A stretch of DNA of 64,000 nucleotides from Selaginella moellendorffii (taxonomy: Eukaryota; Plantae; Lycopodiophyta), in assembly GCF_000143415.4 (NCBI RefSeq), contig NW_003314279.1, positions 1 to 64,000 on the forward strand, written 5' to 3'. The stretch's first letter is position 1, and each line of letters begins with the position of its first letter. The notes beneath the pieces were generated by a model that saw only the letters and a program-made list of their open reading frames with translations, was not told where the DNA came from and did no database searches. Positions 1-11,626 of this stretch are shown here, one piece after another. The position numbers were made by a program, and so were the translations under genes.

Positions 1-687
1 ATAGATACTGAGCCAATAAATAATTTTTCCAATCTTAATGCCATGATTGAACTTTTAGCTTTTCATATGACATCAAATAGAAATTCCAATGAGATAAATT
101 TTCTCTTATATGACATACAGATAAATAAAATATTTCCTACATGCTTACATGAACGTGAGATGCAATCACAAGTTCAATCTTATGCTTCTAGTTGAGCAGA
201 AGCACTAAAATAGGTATGTCCCATTATAAGATGAAATTATTTCAATAATAATTGATAAGAGGAATTTTTTTCAGCTAACAACCGATGTAGCGGTCAAAAC
301 AGGGACCGCCTCCATTCATGGACACTAGCAAAGAAACCAAGAAAGATCCACCTCTGAACCACTAGAACACACAACAGAACACCCCGTGCGCTTACATCCA
401 GTGCCCACACTTTTCTCCTTCCATCCTTCCTCTCGAACCAAGAACCCTCGCTCGCCCACTTGCCACCCTCGGTTAGGGCTTGACCAAACTGGACACCGTT
501 ATCACCAGCGTCACCTTAGCCCGTTACACCGAGAACTGTTGGTATATTCTTTTATTGTTCTAGATTACATCTAGAATATACTTGAATTTCTAAGAATATT
601 CTTAAGGTACAAAGCATTAACATTCATTCATTTATATAGTGCATAGAAGTATTTTCTCGCAGACATCATGGTTTCGTGCAGTTTCTT

Positions 688-794
688 TCACGTCCACCAT
701 GGCCCGATTCCATCAGGTATGTAGTAGTATGACGAGGTAGCCATGTCGTACTCGTTGACATTGGCGTTGATGCTATTACTATTGTTGGTGTTGA

Positions 795-825
<31 letters not shown>

Positions 826-1999
826 GATACTGATGCTGGTGTTGTTGTAATCTAGCAAACCATCGTCAAACTTATAAAGCACCAGCTGGTTTGAGTGTGG
901 ATCGAAAACCATGCCGTCGGGTTCGTCTTTGAGGACTTTGGCCACCGCCACGCCCGTGTGCTCGAACGAGAGCACGCTCTCCTGGACCACGGGAACCAGC
1001 GGGAAGTCCACGTCCAAGATCTCGCTTGTATAGCCATCCGAGCACGGGGAGCCTTCTTTCTCACCACCTTTGCCCGGCGGCCTTGCGACGTCCATGTCCT
1101 CCACCACCGCCAGGTTCTTCCCCGTCGTCACCATCACCGTGGCTTCCTGGCCCTTGAAAGCCTCCGGTTTGTGCTCCACGCTATTTACAATCGCCTCGTC
1201 GCCGTTGGCCGCTGCTGCTGTGGGCGACTTGCTAGAGTCCAGCCTCGCAGCGAGGGCGGTCACCTGGCATAGAAAATGGTCAGAGAAGCTCTGTAAAGCT
1301 CGTTTCTCTCTCTCGGAAAATGTCGAGAACTTTACTCGAAAACTCTCTACACTTTTCGACGAAGGACTTCGCAAACGGAAACAGAGCTTACCTCGGCTTG
1401 AAGCTTCTTGTTCTCTAGCAGAAGTTTGTCGTAGCTCGCCTTGAGGGACTCGTAATCTCGCTCCAGCTGCTTGGTTTTCCAGCGGGCTCGCCGGTTCTGG
1501 AACCACACGGCGACTTGGCGGGGCTGGAGCCCCAGCTCGTGTGCCAGCTGCTTCTTCCTCTCGGGCTCCAGCTTGTTCTCCATCTCAAAGTTGAGCTCCA
1601 GGGAGCGCACTTGATCCACGCTCAGCCGCCGCTTCTTCTCCACTGGGTGAACTTCGTGATCGCTCGCCTCCACGTCTCCGCTCTCCTGATCGCTCGAGCC
1701 CTCGAAGGTTGCGTAGAGCAGCGCGTCACTACCGCGCAGCCCTGTGGGTGTTCCACAGTTGTTATGATCATCTAAGCCTGTAGAAAAGAACAAGAAAAAA
1801 CGCAATTTGTTTATTCGATCGAGTATTGCAAACCTTTAAACATACCTGGTGGGATGTTAGACGACCGCGGATAAAAGATGGCGGACATTGAGTTGCTAAC
1901 GCTCTCGTTCCTCATTGTCGTCACCATGATGCTTGGTGGTGTTGGCGCTGTCGAGCCTTTACTGTTGCTGCTGCTACTGTTGTTGATATTCCAATCCAT
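688..1999 (-). CDS. Class I homeodomain-leucine zipper (HD-Zip I, ATHB-like) transcription factor; 3 exons (1999-1846, 1777-1392, 1263-688)
   Basis: [63 protein letters not shown] homeodomain followed by leucine zipper. GT-AG introns 1845-1778 and 1391-1264 keep frame. Aromatic C-terminus ([13 protein letters not shown]) resembles an AHA motif. Confidence 0.92.
782..848. repeat. (GTT/AAC)n microsatellite encoding a poly-Asn tract in the HD-Zip C-terminus
   Basis: About 10 perfect gtt units plus degenerate flanks; translates as NNNNNNNNNN on the minus strand. Confidence 0.9.
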
Positions 2000-3284
2000 A
2001 GCCAAACTTTCCACCACCACCACTGCACCACAGGGTTCTAACAGTAAACACTATTCTCCTTCACAAGAGCTGCATGGTCATGCGAGAGAGATTTCTAGAT
2101 GCAAACAAGCTTCTCTTCCTAGAGCAAACTTCCTGCCGCTATGATATCAATGCAGAGCTCTTAGCTACCGTCAAGAAGAAGTGCGAGAGATCACCGCCGT
2201 ATTGTAGAGCGAGGAATACCATACACTCACGTCGCCGCCGTGTCCAGCCCACAAAAAACTGATGCTACTGTACTCGACCCAGATCTTGCTCTTCTCCATG
2301 ATTTCGGGAGTATTTACTGAAAGTGGTGGTGAGCTGCTGCTGCTGGCTTGCTCTTGTTGCTAGCACCTATTCTTCGTCTTCGCCTCCTGCGTCTTCTTCT
2401 AAAACAATTCGACCGCGGACTCTTGGACAGCAATCCTAACATGAGAGATTGGTGTGCAAAGCGAGACAGGGACGATTGACGTATACGGGCCGTAAGAACA
2501 AAGGAAGAATAAAGGCAAAAGTCTGGAGACCGACTTGCTAGCTCGGGGGGAAGTACCTCACGAAGCAGCAGAGGAGGCGAGCAATGTCCTCGACAACGAA
2601 GAAACGAACAGCAGGCACCCTCAGACGCCTCGGTTCGTCTTGTTTGTGTGCGAGCAGCATTATAGATCGGGAAAACGCTCCACGACTCTCTTGACACAAG
2701 CAAAGCCAAAATGGTGTTTAGAGGGAGCACGAAGGACCACTAGCGGTGATTATTCGGACACTGCCACTGCCGGGTTCCAAGCCATGAGAAATCTGGAGAG
2801 TGGAACACGCAAAGAAAGAAGAACAGAGACAACAACCAGAGTTGTACACGCTCGCTCTTCGCGGACAAAGATTTGTGCTACTCAAGAAGCCCCTCCAGAT
2901 GATGCTAATTGCATGATCAGCTGCTACCTAGAACCCGAAGAACAGGGTCAAACAATTTATAGCGATTGGAAAGAAAAAAAGAAAGAAAAAAAACCAAGAA
3001 CAAAGAGATGTGGATGGACCTAACTTTAACACTAGGCTTCAGCCAAACAAGCCACCACAGCAAAGGACGATCTCGAATCGACAACGACAAAGTTTGGAGG
3101 GAAACGGAGAGCGATATATCACTCTCAAGCGCACCACACTCAGCAAACCGTGATAACTGACCACCACGCACGGCCACTCCCCAAAATCCAAGACCTCTCT
3201 CTCCTAGTAGAGAAACTTAGTGAGACACGCCGAAGAGAGAATTGGGCTCTGATCTTGCTTGCCTTGTGAAGAAGCCGTGTGTAT

Positions 3285-3322
3285 GTGAGAGAGAGTGAGA
3301 GAGTGAGAGAGTGAGAGTGAGT
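3285..3322. repeat. GA-rich (GAGAGT)n simple repeat upstream of the HD-Zip gene (possible GAGA element)
   Basis: tgagagagagtgagagagtgagagagtgagagtgagtg is seen directly; a regulatory role is inferred only. Confidence 0.6.
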
Positions 3323-6300
3323 GCGCTAATCTTCCGCCCCTCTTCCACAAGCCCTCGTCCACTCCTTTTTATTATGGACAAGGCATAGAAAATGGGCACA
3401 GCTCCATTGGATAATGGATTTGCAGTCCGAAAGAGCTTAGATGTAAAAAACACCACCAACTTGGGAGAAGAGATAGACCCAGTCAACAGTAGTATTTCTT
3501 TAAAAAATTTACATGAAAAGAAAAAACGAAAGGAAAGACATCGCAAGATGCCTCCCCAATATTGCACTGCATTGCTCGCTCTCATTATCAGCTTACAAGT
3601 TCCTTATCATCGTATAGCTTGATAGCGGTTTCTCTCTCTCCATCTTTTTTTTGTTCTCCTCTCTCTTCGAGGGTCTCTTGCGTGTTTGTGCGTGTTTCAA
3701 GCAGTGCAAGAAATATCTTTTCGAGTGTGGTAAAATGGAAAGGGAAAAGAGGGAAAAGACCACCCAAGAACAATGGAGAATTAAAAAGGTGGCGGAGTGT
3801 GTGAGTGAGTGAGAGCCCACCGCAAGAGCCAGGTCTCCAGCAGCAGTACAAAAGCTGTTTTGTCTCATGGTGCTACACGACGGGAACAAATGTGTCCTTG
3901 GTTCTAGCTTTATGGTGCGCCCCCCATCAGCAATCTTTTGCCCAGCCTCATCCCATCCACCAAGCAAACAACCAAGCCTGCGCTTGTCGCCAAGCGTTTA
4001 TAGCTGTTCCACTCTTTTTCTCCCACACACAGGAAAACCATTTAGTATCACTGCTTAGATGATGTTGATCTCTCGGGAACAAACACCGCAAGAACTTACG
4101 GGATCGGCATCCAGATTATCCCCAACTTTACTGCTTTCCACGCATGCTGGAGTGTGGAAGAACAACACATCGATCGAGTGGATCGATCGGGATCATCCCG
4201 GGTTTTGGGCTGGCCGTGGGGAACAGCACTGTACTATGATATGAGACGCTTACAAGTGTGGATGGATGTCGTGATCATCTTCCAGTGGAGACAAGCCAGC
4301 GTCTGGCCAAGTTAGCTCGGGGGTCACTGTCTTTGCAACTCAAGTTTCTCAGTCCAAGGAAAGAGGTGTTTCATTCGTACTGTAGTGCTGTAAGCTCTAG
4401 CAGGAGTTTGGAAGTGTGTGTGTACAGTGAGGTGGAAAAAGGGGACGATATCGTCGTCCGGTGGGATTTATGCGGGTCGCTGTTGCAAGTGTTAGAAGCT
4501 GCCAAGTTTTGGAAATCTATGTCTAGTCTGGACTCTTCTGGCCTGTATGCACGGGTGGATTTTTTCCAAGGAACAAAAGCTGTTTCAGCGATGTGTGTGG
4601 ACTCGGGGAGCTCCAGCTTTTGCTTGCTTGCTACGATTTGGCATGTCGTGGATTGGATGGAGTCCTGGACTTCCAGCAGAATGCGGCCACGCAGATCGAG
4701 ATTATTTGTTTTCTTTGCTCATGGGCTGTAATAAGAATCGAGTTCTTTTCGTTGCCCCGTTGGTTTCTGCTGGTTATGTCTCGATTTAGGGTGACAAGCT
4801 TGTGATTAAACGGAGGTGACGACCATCGTTTCTCGATCTTTCGTTGTTGGTTGTTTATTGACCACGTCGTACTAGTTCCCATTGGAGACTCCCTCCAAGT
4901 TTTCTTTAGTCTTGTGCTTTGGGAACATTTTTTGCATTCATTGCCAGGAGCCAAGTTGCGGGAAGAGAAAAACTGTATCATTGAAAAGCATATATTGGCA
5001 CACGATATAATTTTCAAATGCCACGGTCCATTAGCAAAAGAAGTAAAGCCTCCCCCACCCCGCCATTTCGAGTAAAAAAGAAAGTGAGGTTCTTATTCTT
5101 CTCGAGGCTTTTGCTGTAATCTCTCACTCACTGCTCACAGGGAAATTGCATCGCATCGTACCCATCAAGCTCCAACGCACACACACACACAAACACACAC
5201 TATCTCCCAAGTGAACAAAATCTCTGCCTGGAGAGGAAAAAGATCAACCCTCTCGTGCCGAAACTCGAGCTCACAACTTTTCTTTTTCATGATCAAAAGT
5301 TTGCTCCCCTAGTTTCTATATAGATCTCTTTTGAACTGTGTATCGTCTTCATCCTGGAGACGATAAAACAAAGATGATTCTCTCATCCCTCGGATAGTTT
5401 TCTCGGTTTCTCTTTTTCTAAGCGGGCTGTTTTTTCTAGTGCCGCACACAGCCGTGCGTCACCCCATTATCATAAAAGCCTCACTCACCTGTGGGTTTCT
5501 CTTTTGTTTTCTTTCCCGACCCAGCAGAAGCCGAGAGATAAAGGTGGCGAGAAAAAAAAGGAGAAATTTCTGGTCAGTGGTGTTGGTGTGGTGGTGGCCC
5601 CGTTTTTCGTCTCGCCTGGTGTGTCAGTGCATGCACATTGAGCTTGCTTGTGATGATCCGCTCCTTGGGCTTGCTTGCACGAACATCCCCAACATTATAA
5701 AAGTATAGTGTCAAGTTTCTCCTGTGTTTTGCAAGGATCACGTTTGATCTTAAAATGTTGCAAAGTCTGATCGTAACATAGATTACTACTTTGTTGTTTG
5801 TGGTGTCGAAGCATCGATCCTTCGGCACTATGTCTTTAGAATGGTAGTTCTTGGTCATTGTCTTGAAACAACAAGCCAATGCATTATAATATTCAAGATA
5901 ACGAGCGATGTTGGATCATGGAACCAAACGCTGGCTTAGCGGAAGCCATGTCTATATGCTTTGTAAATGCGAGCGGGGAATATCCAAATTGATAGATGTT
6001 GCTTCTTCTCCGCCCAAACGTTGCAATCATATATTCCTCAAGCAGGCACTCGGAATCACTGCCAAATCTTAGCAATGAAGAAGATTGGTGATACCATTTT
6101 AAATGGGTAGAGCATATGATGCTCTATCTCGACAAGGTCACGTTGAGGCATCTCACCCGTGTCCAAGACTGCTCCGCCACCTTTTTAAATTTGTTCCACG
6201 TTAAAGCCGGTTATAAGACTATGATCTTGTGCATATGATTAACAGAAATCTCCCCACGGCCCCACAATCTGGGGGAGGCATCTAAAGGAGATGCCTTTGT

Positions 6301-6752
6301 TCTCGCACTGAAGGGACTCCTGTATATTCCACGATAATGACCACACTCACACTGTTTTATTCGTCTCGTCGACTCTTCAATGATCTTTCTCGAGAGCGGA
6401 GCAAAATAATCTCCTCTGTTCTTTCCTTTTCCACCTTTGCAATGTGGTGTTAAGTCACTGCTCCCTCTTCCACGCACCCTTGATCGAGCAAAAGCGAGTG
6501 ATTTTCTCTCCTCGCAGTTTTGAGAATATGTCAACTCATTGCGCTCGATCACCGTATGGAAATATGGACCGAGTGCTCCAGGTAGCCAAATTCTTTAGCT
6601 TGTTCGTAAAATTACGACAGCACAGAGCCATAGGTGGCACGCACTCGCAACAAGCTCTTCGAGAACCCCTGCCATTGCAAAAGCTCTAGTAGCTAAAGCC
6701 TACGACTAACAGGAAAGAAAAGCTTACCACCACCGAGGAATTGCCACTGATG

Positions 6753-8551
6753 TTATTCCAGGGGTGGAACTTCGTCAGATTCCTCGCGTCGCATCCTTGC
6801 AAGGGGACGGTCCGGGACGTCACTACTTGGATCCTCCACTGGCTGCGAAGGAGTAGAGTTAAGAGCTGGGACTAAAGTTTACTAGGGAAACTTACCTTGC
6901 TTGGAGGTGTGATAATGTTCTCGATCTCTGAGAACTTGACGTGTGGTTTCTGCCGTACTTTTTTCTCTTTGGTAGCTTCCACAACGTATGTGTCCTTTTG
7001 ATGTCGGCTCTTTACCACGGCTTTGGGCATAGTCACAACCAAATGACCTGACGTTCTCGACCGCTGTGCGATGCTCTCGGAAGTCTTAACCTGGCTTGAT
7101 CGAGAGAGAGAAAGAAGTTGCGCATTGAGAGAGAGAAGTTTCTACCTCTTCCGGGAGTCGTAGCTGCAGAAGCTTGCCCTTGATCAGCACGCGCACGAGC
7201 AGCGGCTGGATATCAATGTCCATTGCGGATGTATCCATGTATCGACCAATAGCTACATCCAACACTAGCTTGGTTCCGCATTCACTCTCTGCTAGCTTGA
7301 AACTCCAGCTGTGAGTTTGAGATGGAAGAGGCCTTGAGCTAGTGAAATCCAAGGCTTACTTGCCCTCGTTCTTCTGATATATACGGCCTTCCATTGGTAA
7401 TGGATCAAATCCAGTCCTGCGCTCTGGAACCTTTCTCTGATTCTGATTGTTTACCTGAAAATGCAGGAGTAATGAGATGAGAGACTTGAAATCACACTTT
7501 ACCTTTCCACTATCCTTGTTCTTTTTCTGCTCAAGCTCGACATACTCCGCTACTCTTGAAGCCGGTGTATATTCACGAACGACGTGACCGTTTTCGTCCC
7601 TGTTGGTCATTTTTTAATGAAAATAAAAAGTAAAACTGCGGGGGAACAGTCCAAAGTAACTCACACATCTTCGGCAGAAGCGTCACAGTCGACTACATCG
7701 TCTTCGTTGCCAAAGACATCCTTTACGAAGGGGTATTCCTACAACTGAGAAAAATGAGATGAAGAAAACATAGCAGAAAGTACACATACTTGCTGGGATC
7801 GAATTTTTTCTGATGGTCGAACCTCGATACCATCTAAACGCTGCAACAAAACCATGAGTTTACGAAACAGGACCCCAATGTACCTTCAAGGATGGAAGAG
7901 TCGCAATAACATAGCTTCGATAACCAGGGACCTCTTGGCACGGGTTGCCAGTGAGAAACCTTCGAGCGAGACACGCCAGGTAAAAGAAGCTAATTTTCTG
8001 TTTCTTCTTGCAAAAAAGAAGTTACTCACAAGTCTCGGAGGTGAATGTTGGCCCTCAGAGCTGCAACAGAGGGGAGCTCCTTTTTCCCAACAAAGTTGAG
8101 AGTCATATCCAGCTTTTCCAGGAATTCGCATTGCTCAAGTCCTTCTACCTGTCGCACAAGCTCGCAAAAAGAAAAAAAGGAAAAGAAGAGAACCGAACCT
8201 TTAGAATGTTGTTGACAGCTACATTCAAGTATTGCAGCTGCTTTAGCCGGTGTAAATTGCCTAAAAACAAAAGTCGATCCATCGAGCGACTAAAGCCAAG
8301 GGGGAAAGCGTACTTAGCCTGGAGATGAGATTATTTGGAAGATAGAGAATCTTGAGGTTGGGACAAAACGCTCCCAGGCTTCGGTTGATGTCCATGATGC
8401 CTTCCTCTTGGAGCACAAGCTCCTGCAAGAGGAGGAGATCGTGTCGCTGGAACAGAATCCAAATCAAGGCCGTGTGTACCTCAAGGCTGTGAAGGATCCC
8501 CTCGTTGTGCTCTGCTCGTCGCTTGAGCATTTCTTCGTTGATCACTCCCAT
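6753..8551 (-). CDS. DNAAF11: Dynein axonemal assembly factor LRRC6/DNAAF11 (TilB/Seahorse homolog), multi-exon
   Basis: N-terminus MGVINEEMLKRRAEHNEGILHSLE|ELVLQEEG...CPNLKILYLPNNLISRL matches the LRRC6 LRR start. CS-like domain LVLDVAIGRYMDTSAMDIDIQPLLVRVLIKGKLLQLRLPEE...AQRSRTSGHLVVTMPKA. Ends SDEVPPLE* (TAA 6755-6753). Many short GT-AG introns. Confidence 0.88.
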
Positions 8552-8662
8552 GCTCGATAAAGAACATAGAAGAGCCCTAACCCTAATCCCACAATTTAAA
8601 CACGCACACTAAACCTTTTTACCCTTGCATAACATTAAAGGGCATATACAGGTTAAAGTTTT

Positions 8663-9988
8663 TTACTCATCCCATAGATCTTCGACTCTCTTGTATGGAG
8701 ATGTGTCGTTCACCCAGTTTGTTCCTTTGATCAGCCTCTCCTGTAGAAAAAGAGAAAAGTCGGCTTGCTTTGAAAATGCGAGTGACAAACCTGTTGGATT
8801 CCAGAAAGCTTTTGGAAATCCTCGTCCGGAATACTCCATCCGAGAATGTCCAGGTTTTCCTTGAGCCGATCGGGATTGGAGCTCTTCGGAAGGACGCTGT
8901 GACCCATCTGGATTCCCCAGCGTAGTGCTACTTGCGCTGGTGATTTGCTGAGTTTGTCCGCGATCTCTTTGACGATGGGATGGCCGAGGACTTTCGGACC
9001 CCAGTTTCCCAAAGGAGAGTACCCCTGACAATAAGAATAGCATTGAGTTCCAACGGAAAACGAGATCCAATCCAGGACTTACAGAGAGATGGATGGCTTT
9101 GGAGGTGCAGTAGTCGTGAAGAGCCTTTTGCTGCCACACCGGATGACACTCAACTTGGTTCACGGCAGGGACGATGGTGGCGTTCGCCAAAAGGTGGTCG
9201 ATCTTCTTTGACGAGAAGTTGCTCACACCGATTGCACGAACTCGGCCGGTGCGCACAAGCTGCTCCATTTGCTTCCAGGTCTCGTCCAGTTGCAAGGGGA
9301 CGATTTCAGTTTTGCGAGTGCCATCTTCCTGTTGGTAGTGTTCCTTCACACGAACAGGCCAATGAATCTACACACAAGCATGTCCTCTTGTCACAGACAG
9401 AAACAAAGAATCTGGATATCTTACCAAATAAAGGTCAAGATAGTCCAGCTGCAAATCCTGCAGTGTTTGATCGCAAGCCTCCTGGACCCGATCGTGATCA
9501 GAGTTCCTGAAAAGAAAGAAAAAAATCTATTTAGAGGACAAATAAAACGTTTCCAAAGAAAGCGAGAGAACCTGACCACAGCTTGGACGTAATCCACAAA
9601 TCCCCACGCGTCACTGCACCACTAAGGAAGATCTCTTGCAGCGCCAATCCAATCTACACATGCATGAACGAAGCGAGTAAGAAAAGAGAAGAGGGAAGAA
9701 CTCTTAAGTTGTAGAGACATCTTTCTCGTTGCCATAGACGCTCGCGCAATCGATGTGACGATACCCAGCCTGGGAAGAAGAGCAAACAGTGAGCTAGCTA
9801 GTGCTACGAAGAGAAAAAGAAGGAAATTTGATGCTTACAGCGACAGCGGCCTTCACTGTTGCTCCCGCTCGCCCCTTCTCCTCCTGCGAGTATCCCGGCC
9901 ACATTCCCAGCCCGATCGCGGGTATGAGCGCCCCGGTGTGGAGCTGGAAATGCGCCATCGATCCGCCATCACCAGCGCCATCGCCCAT
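8663..9988 (-). CDS. NADPH-dependent aldo-keto reductase (AKR4C-like), copy 1, multi-exon
   Basis: IPAIGLGMW, GYRHIDCASVYGNE, LWITSKLW, DLQLDYLDLYL|IHWP, RAIGVSNFS, NQVECHP, AQVALRWGIQ, LPKS, ELWD-like end DLWDE*. D-Y-K-H catalytic tetrad present. Confidence 0.9.
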
Positions 9989-10070
9989 CCCAACCTAAAA
10001 TTTCTCGAGGGGTTTTAGTTGAAGTTTCACTGCTCATGGGTTCTTGAGGCGCAATGTAGGTGGTGGGAGA
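9989..10070. promoter_or_regulatory. 82-bp divergent AKR/aldehyde oxidase intergenic region (candidate bidirectional promoter), copy 1
   Basis: AKR ATG at 9988 (-) and AO ATG at 10071 (+). Promoter function is inferred from geometry. Confidence 0.6.
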
Positions 10071-11456
10071 ATGGCGCTTCTCTTTGCGCTCAATGGGCGA
10101 AAGATCGAGCTCAGCGATGTCGATCCCAGCATGACGCTGCTGGAATTTCTAAGATGCCACACCGATCTCAAGGGCACCAAGCTCGGATGTGGAGAAGGTA
10201 AGTAAAAAACTAGTTTTTTTTTACAAGAACTTAGGCCTAGATGGATCGATCTGTTAGCTTTCTTCTTTTTCTTCCTTGCTGACGATCGGATCAAACATCC
10301 AGGGGGGTGTGGAGCTTGCGTGGTGGTGGCTTCCCGCTACGATGCCTCCACAGACAGCGTGGAGGACGTTAGCATAAACTCTTGCCTGGCTTTGCTGGGC
10401 TCTCTTCATCTCCGTGCCGTGACGACGATCGAGGGCCTGGGAAGCTCCAAAAACTCGGCTCCACGCTGTCCAGCGAAGGTTTCTGGGATTTCACGCGTCC
10501 CAGTGTGGTTTTGCACGCCTGGTATGTGCATGTCGCTCTATGGAGGCCTCAAGAACCAGCAAAGAAGGGTCTCTGTGGATGGTGGAAAGTATGAAAGTGG
10601 TGCTCTAGAGCAGTCGATCCAGGGGAGTTTATGCCGCTGCACGGGATACAGGCCCATAGTTGACGTGTGCAAGAGCTTTGGAAGCAGTGTAGACGTTGAA
10701 GATCTCGGCCTGAACATCTTCTGGAAGGACAGGAAGGATGGTCGAATGGAGCTTTTGCCGTGCTATGATCCGGGTGACGATCCAAAGTTCCCAGAGTTTC
10801 TCAAGCAGGAGATCATTCAAAGGCAATCCGCTATAGATTCTACTGGCACTTCTGCTATGATCGAGCACGAGAAGTGGATTTGCGCTACGAGCTCTGGACA
10901 TGCTTTTGGACTGCTCAAACACTTCCAAACGCGTTCCAAGACGAGCAAGGAGGTGAAGATCGTGGTGGGAAACACCAGCGCTGGAGTGTACAGGGACTGG
11001 GATCATAGCGTCTTCATCGATATCAGCAGGATTCCGGAGCTCCATGTCGTAGAAGCAAGGAGCGACGGCATTGAGTTCGGTGCTGCAGTGAGCATCGCAA
11101 AGCTCATCGACTTTCTCGACGAAAACTTTAAGAAAGCTGGCAGTGGTATTGCGAAACACTTGAGAAAGGTTGCTTCTCCACACGTTAGAAACGCGGGGAG
11201 TGTTGGTGGCAACTTGATCATGGCTCAGAAATTTGGCTTCGATTCGGACATCGCGACGGTGTTTCTGGGATTCGGTGCTACGTTGAAGCTGCTGGTTTCT
11301 CCGGATAAGCAAGTAATCCAGAGCATGGAAGAGTTTTTAGAAGGTGGTGGCGGAGTGGATGATTATCCAAGCTCGTTGCTGACAATGATCTTCTTACCAC
11401 TAAGATCACATGAAGCGGCCGAGTTTAAGACGTACCGAGCATCACCGAGACTGTGA
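10071..11456 (+). pseudogene. 5'-truncated duplicate of the aldehyde oxidase (Fe-S and FAD domains only)
   Basis: Near-identical to 13035-14417 but cut at the duplication junction (YRASPR|L*). A +1/-1 frameshift pair destroys the QCGFC Fe-S motif. No Moco domain. Confidence 0.9.
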
Positions 11457-11515
11457 AGGATCCCCTCGTTGTGCTCTGCTCGTCGCTTGAGCATTTCTTC
11501 GTTGATCACTCCCAT
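11451..11515 (-). pseudogene. Orphan duplicate of the first 65 nt of the LRRC6/DNAAF11 CDS, with its upstream region
   Basis: Identical to 8487-8551 (MGVINEEMLKRRAEHNEGILHS). Lacks the exon-1 donor. Confidence 0.9.
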
Positions 11516-11626
11516 GCTCGATAAAGAACATAGAAGAGCCCTAACCCTAATCCCACAATTTAAACACGTATACTAAACCTTTTTACCCTTGCATAACATT
11601 AAAGGGCATATACAGGTTAAAGTTTT

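Noticed and set aside
2061-2299. Ortholog of the ATHB1 conserved-peptide uORF
   Set aside because: Only a weak FLW/LLW resemblance; kept as a generic uORF candidate.
5574-5879. CLE-like peptide gene (ends RRKTGPPPHQHH*)
   Set aside because: The register does not fit the 12-aa CLE consensus, and there is no signal peptide.
6305-6321. miR319/159-like sequence (actgaaggga)
   Set aside because: Only about 10 nt match and no supporting hairpin was found.
2314-6689. Short ORFs between HD-Zip and LRRC6 (e.g. 4258-4731, 2535-3023) as genes
   Set aside because: Mostly non-ATG starts, low complexity, and no recognisable domains or exon chains.
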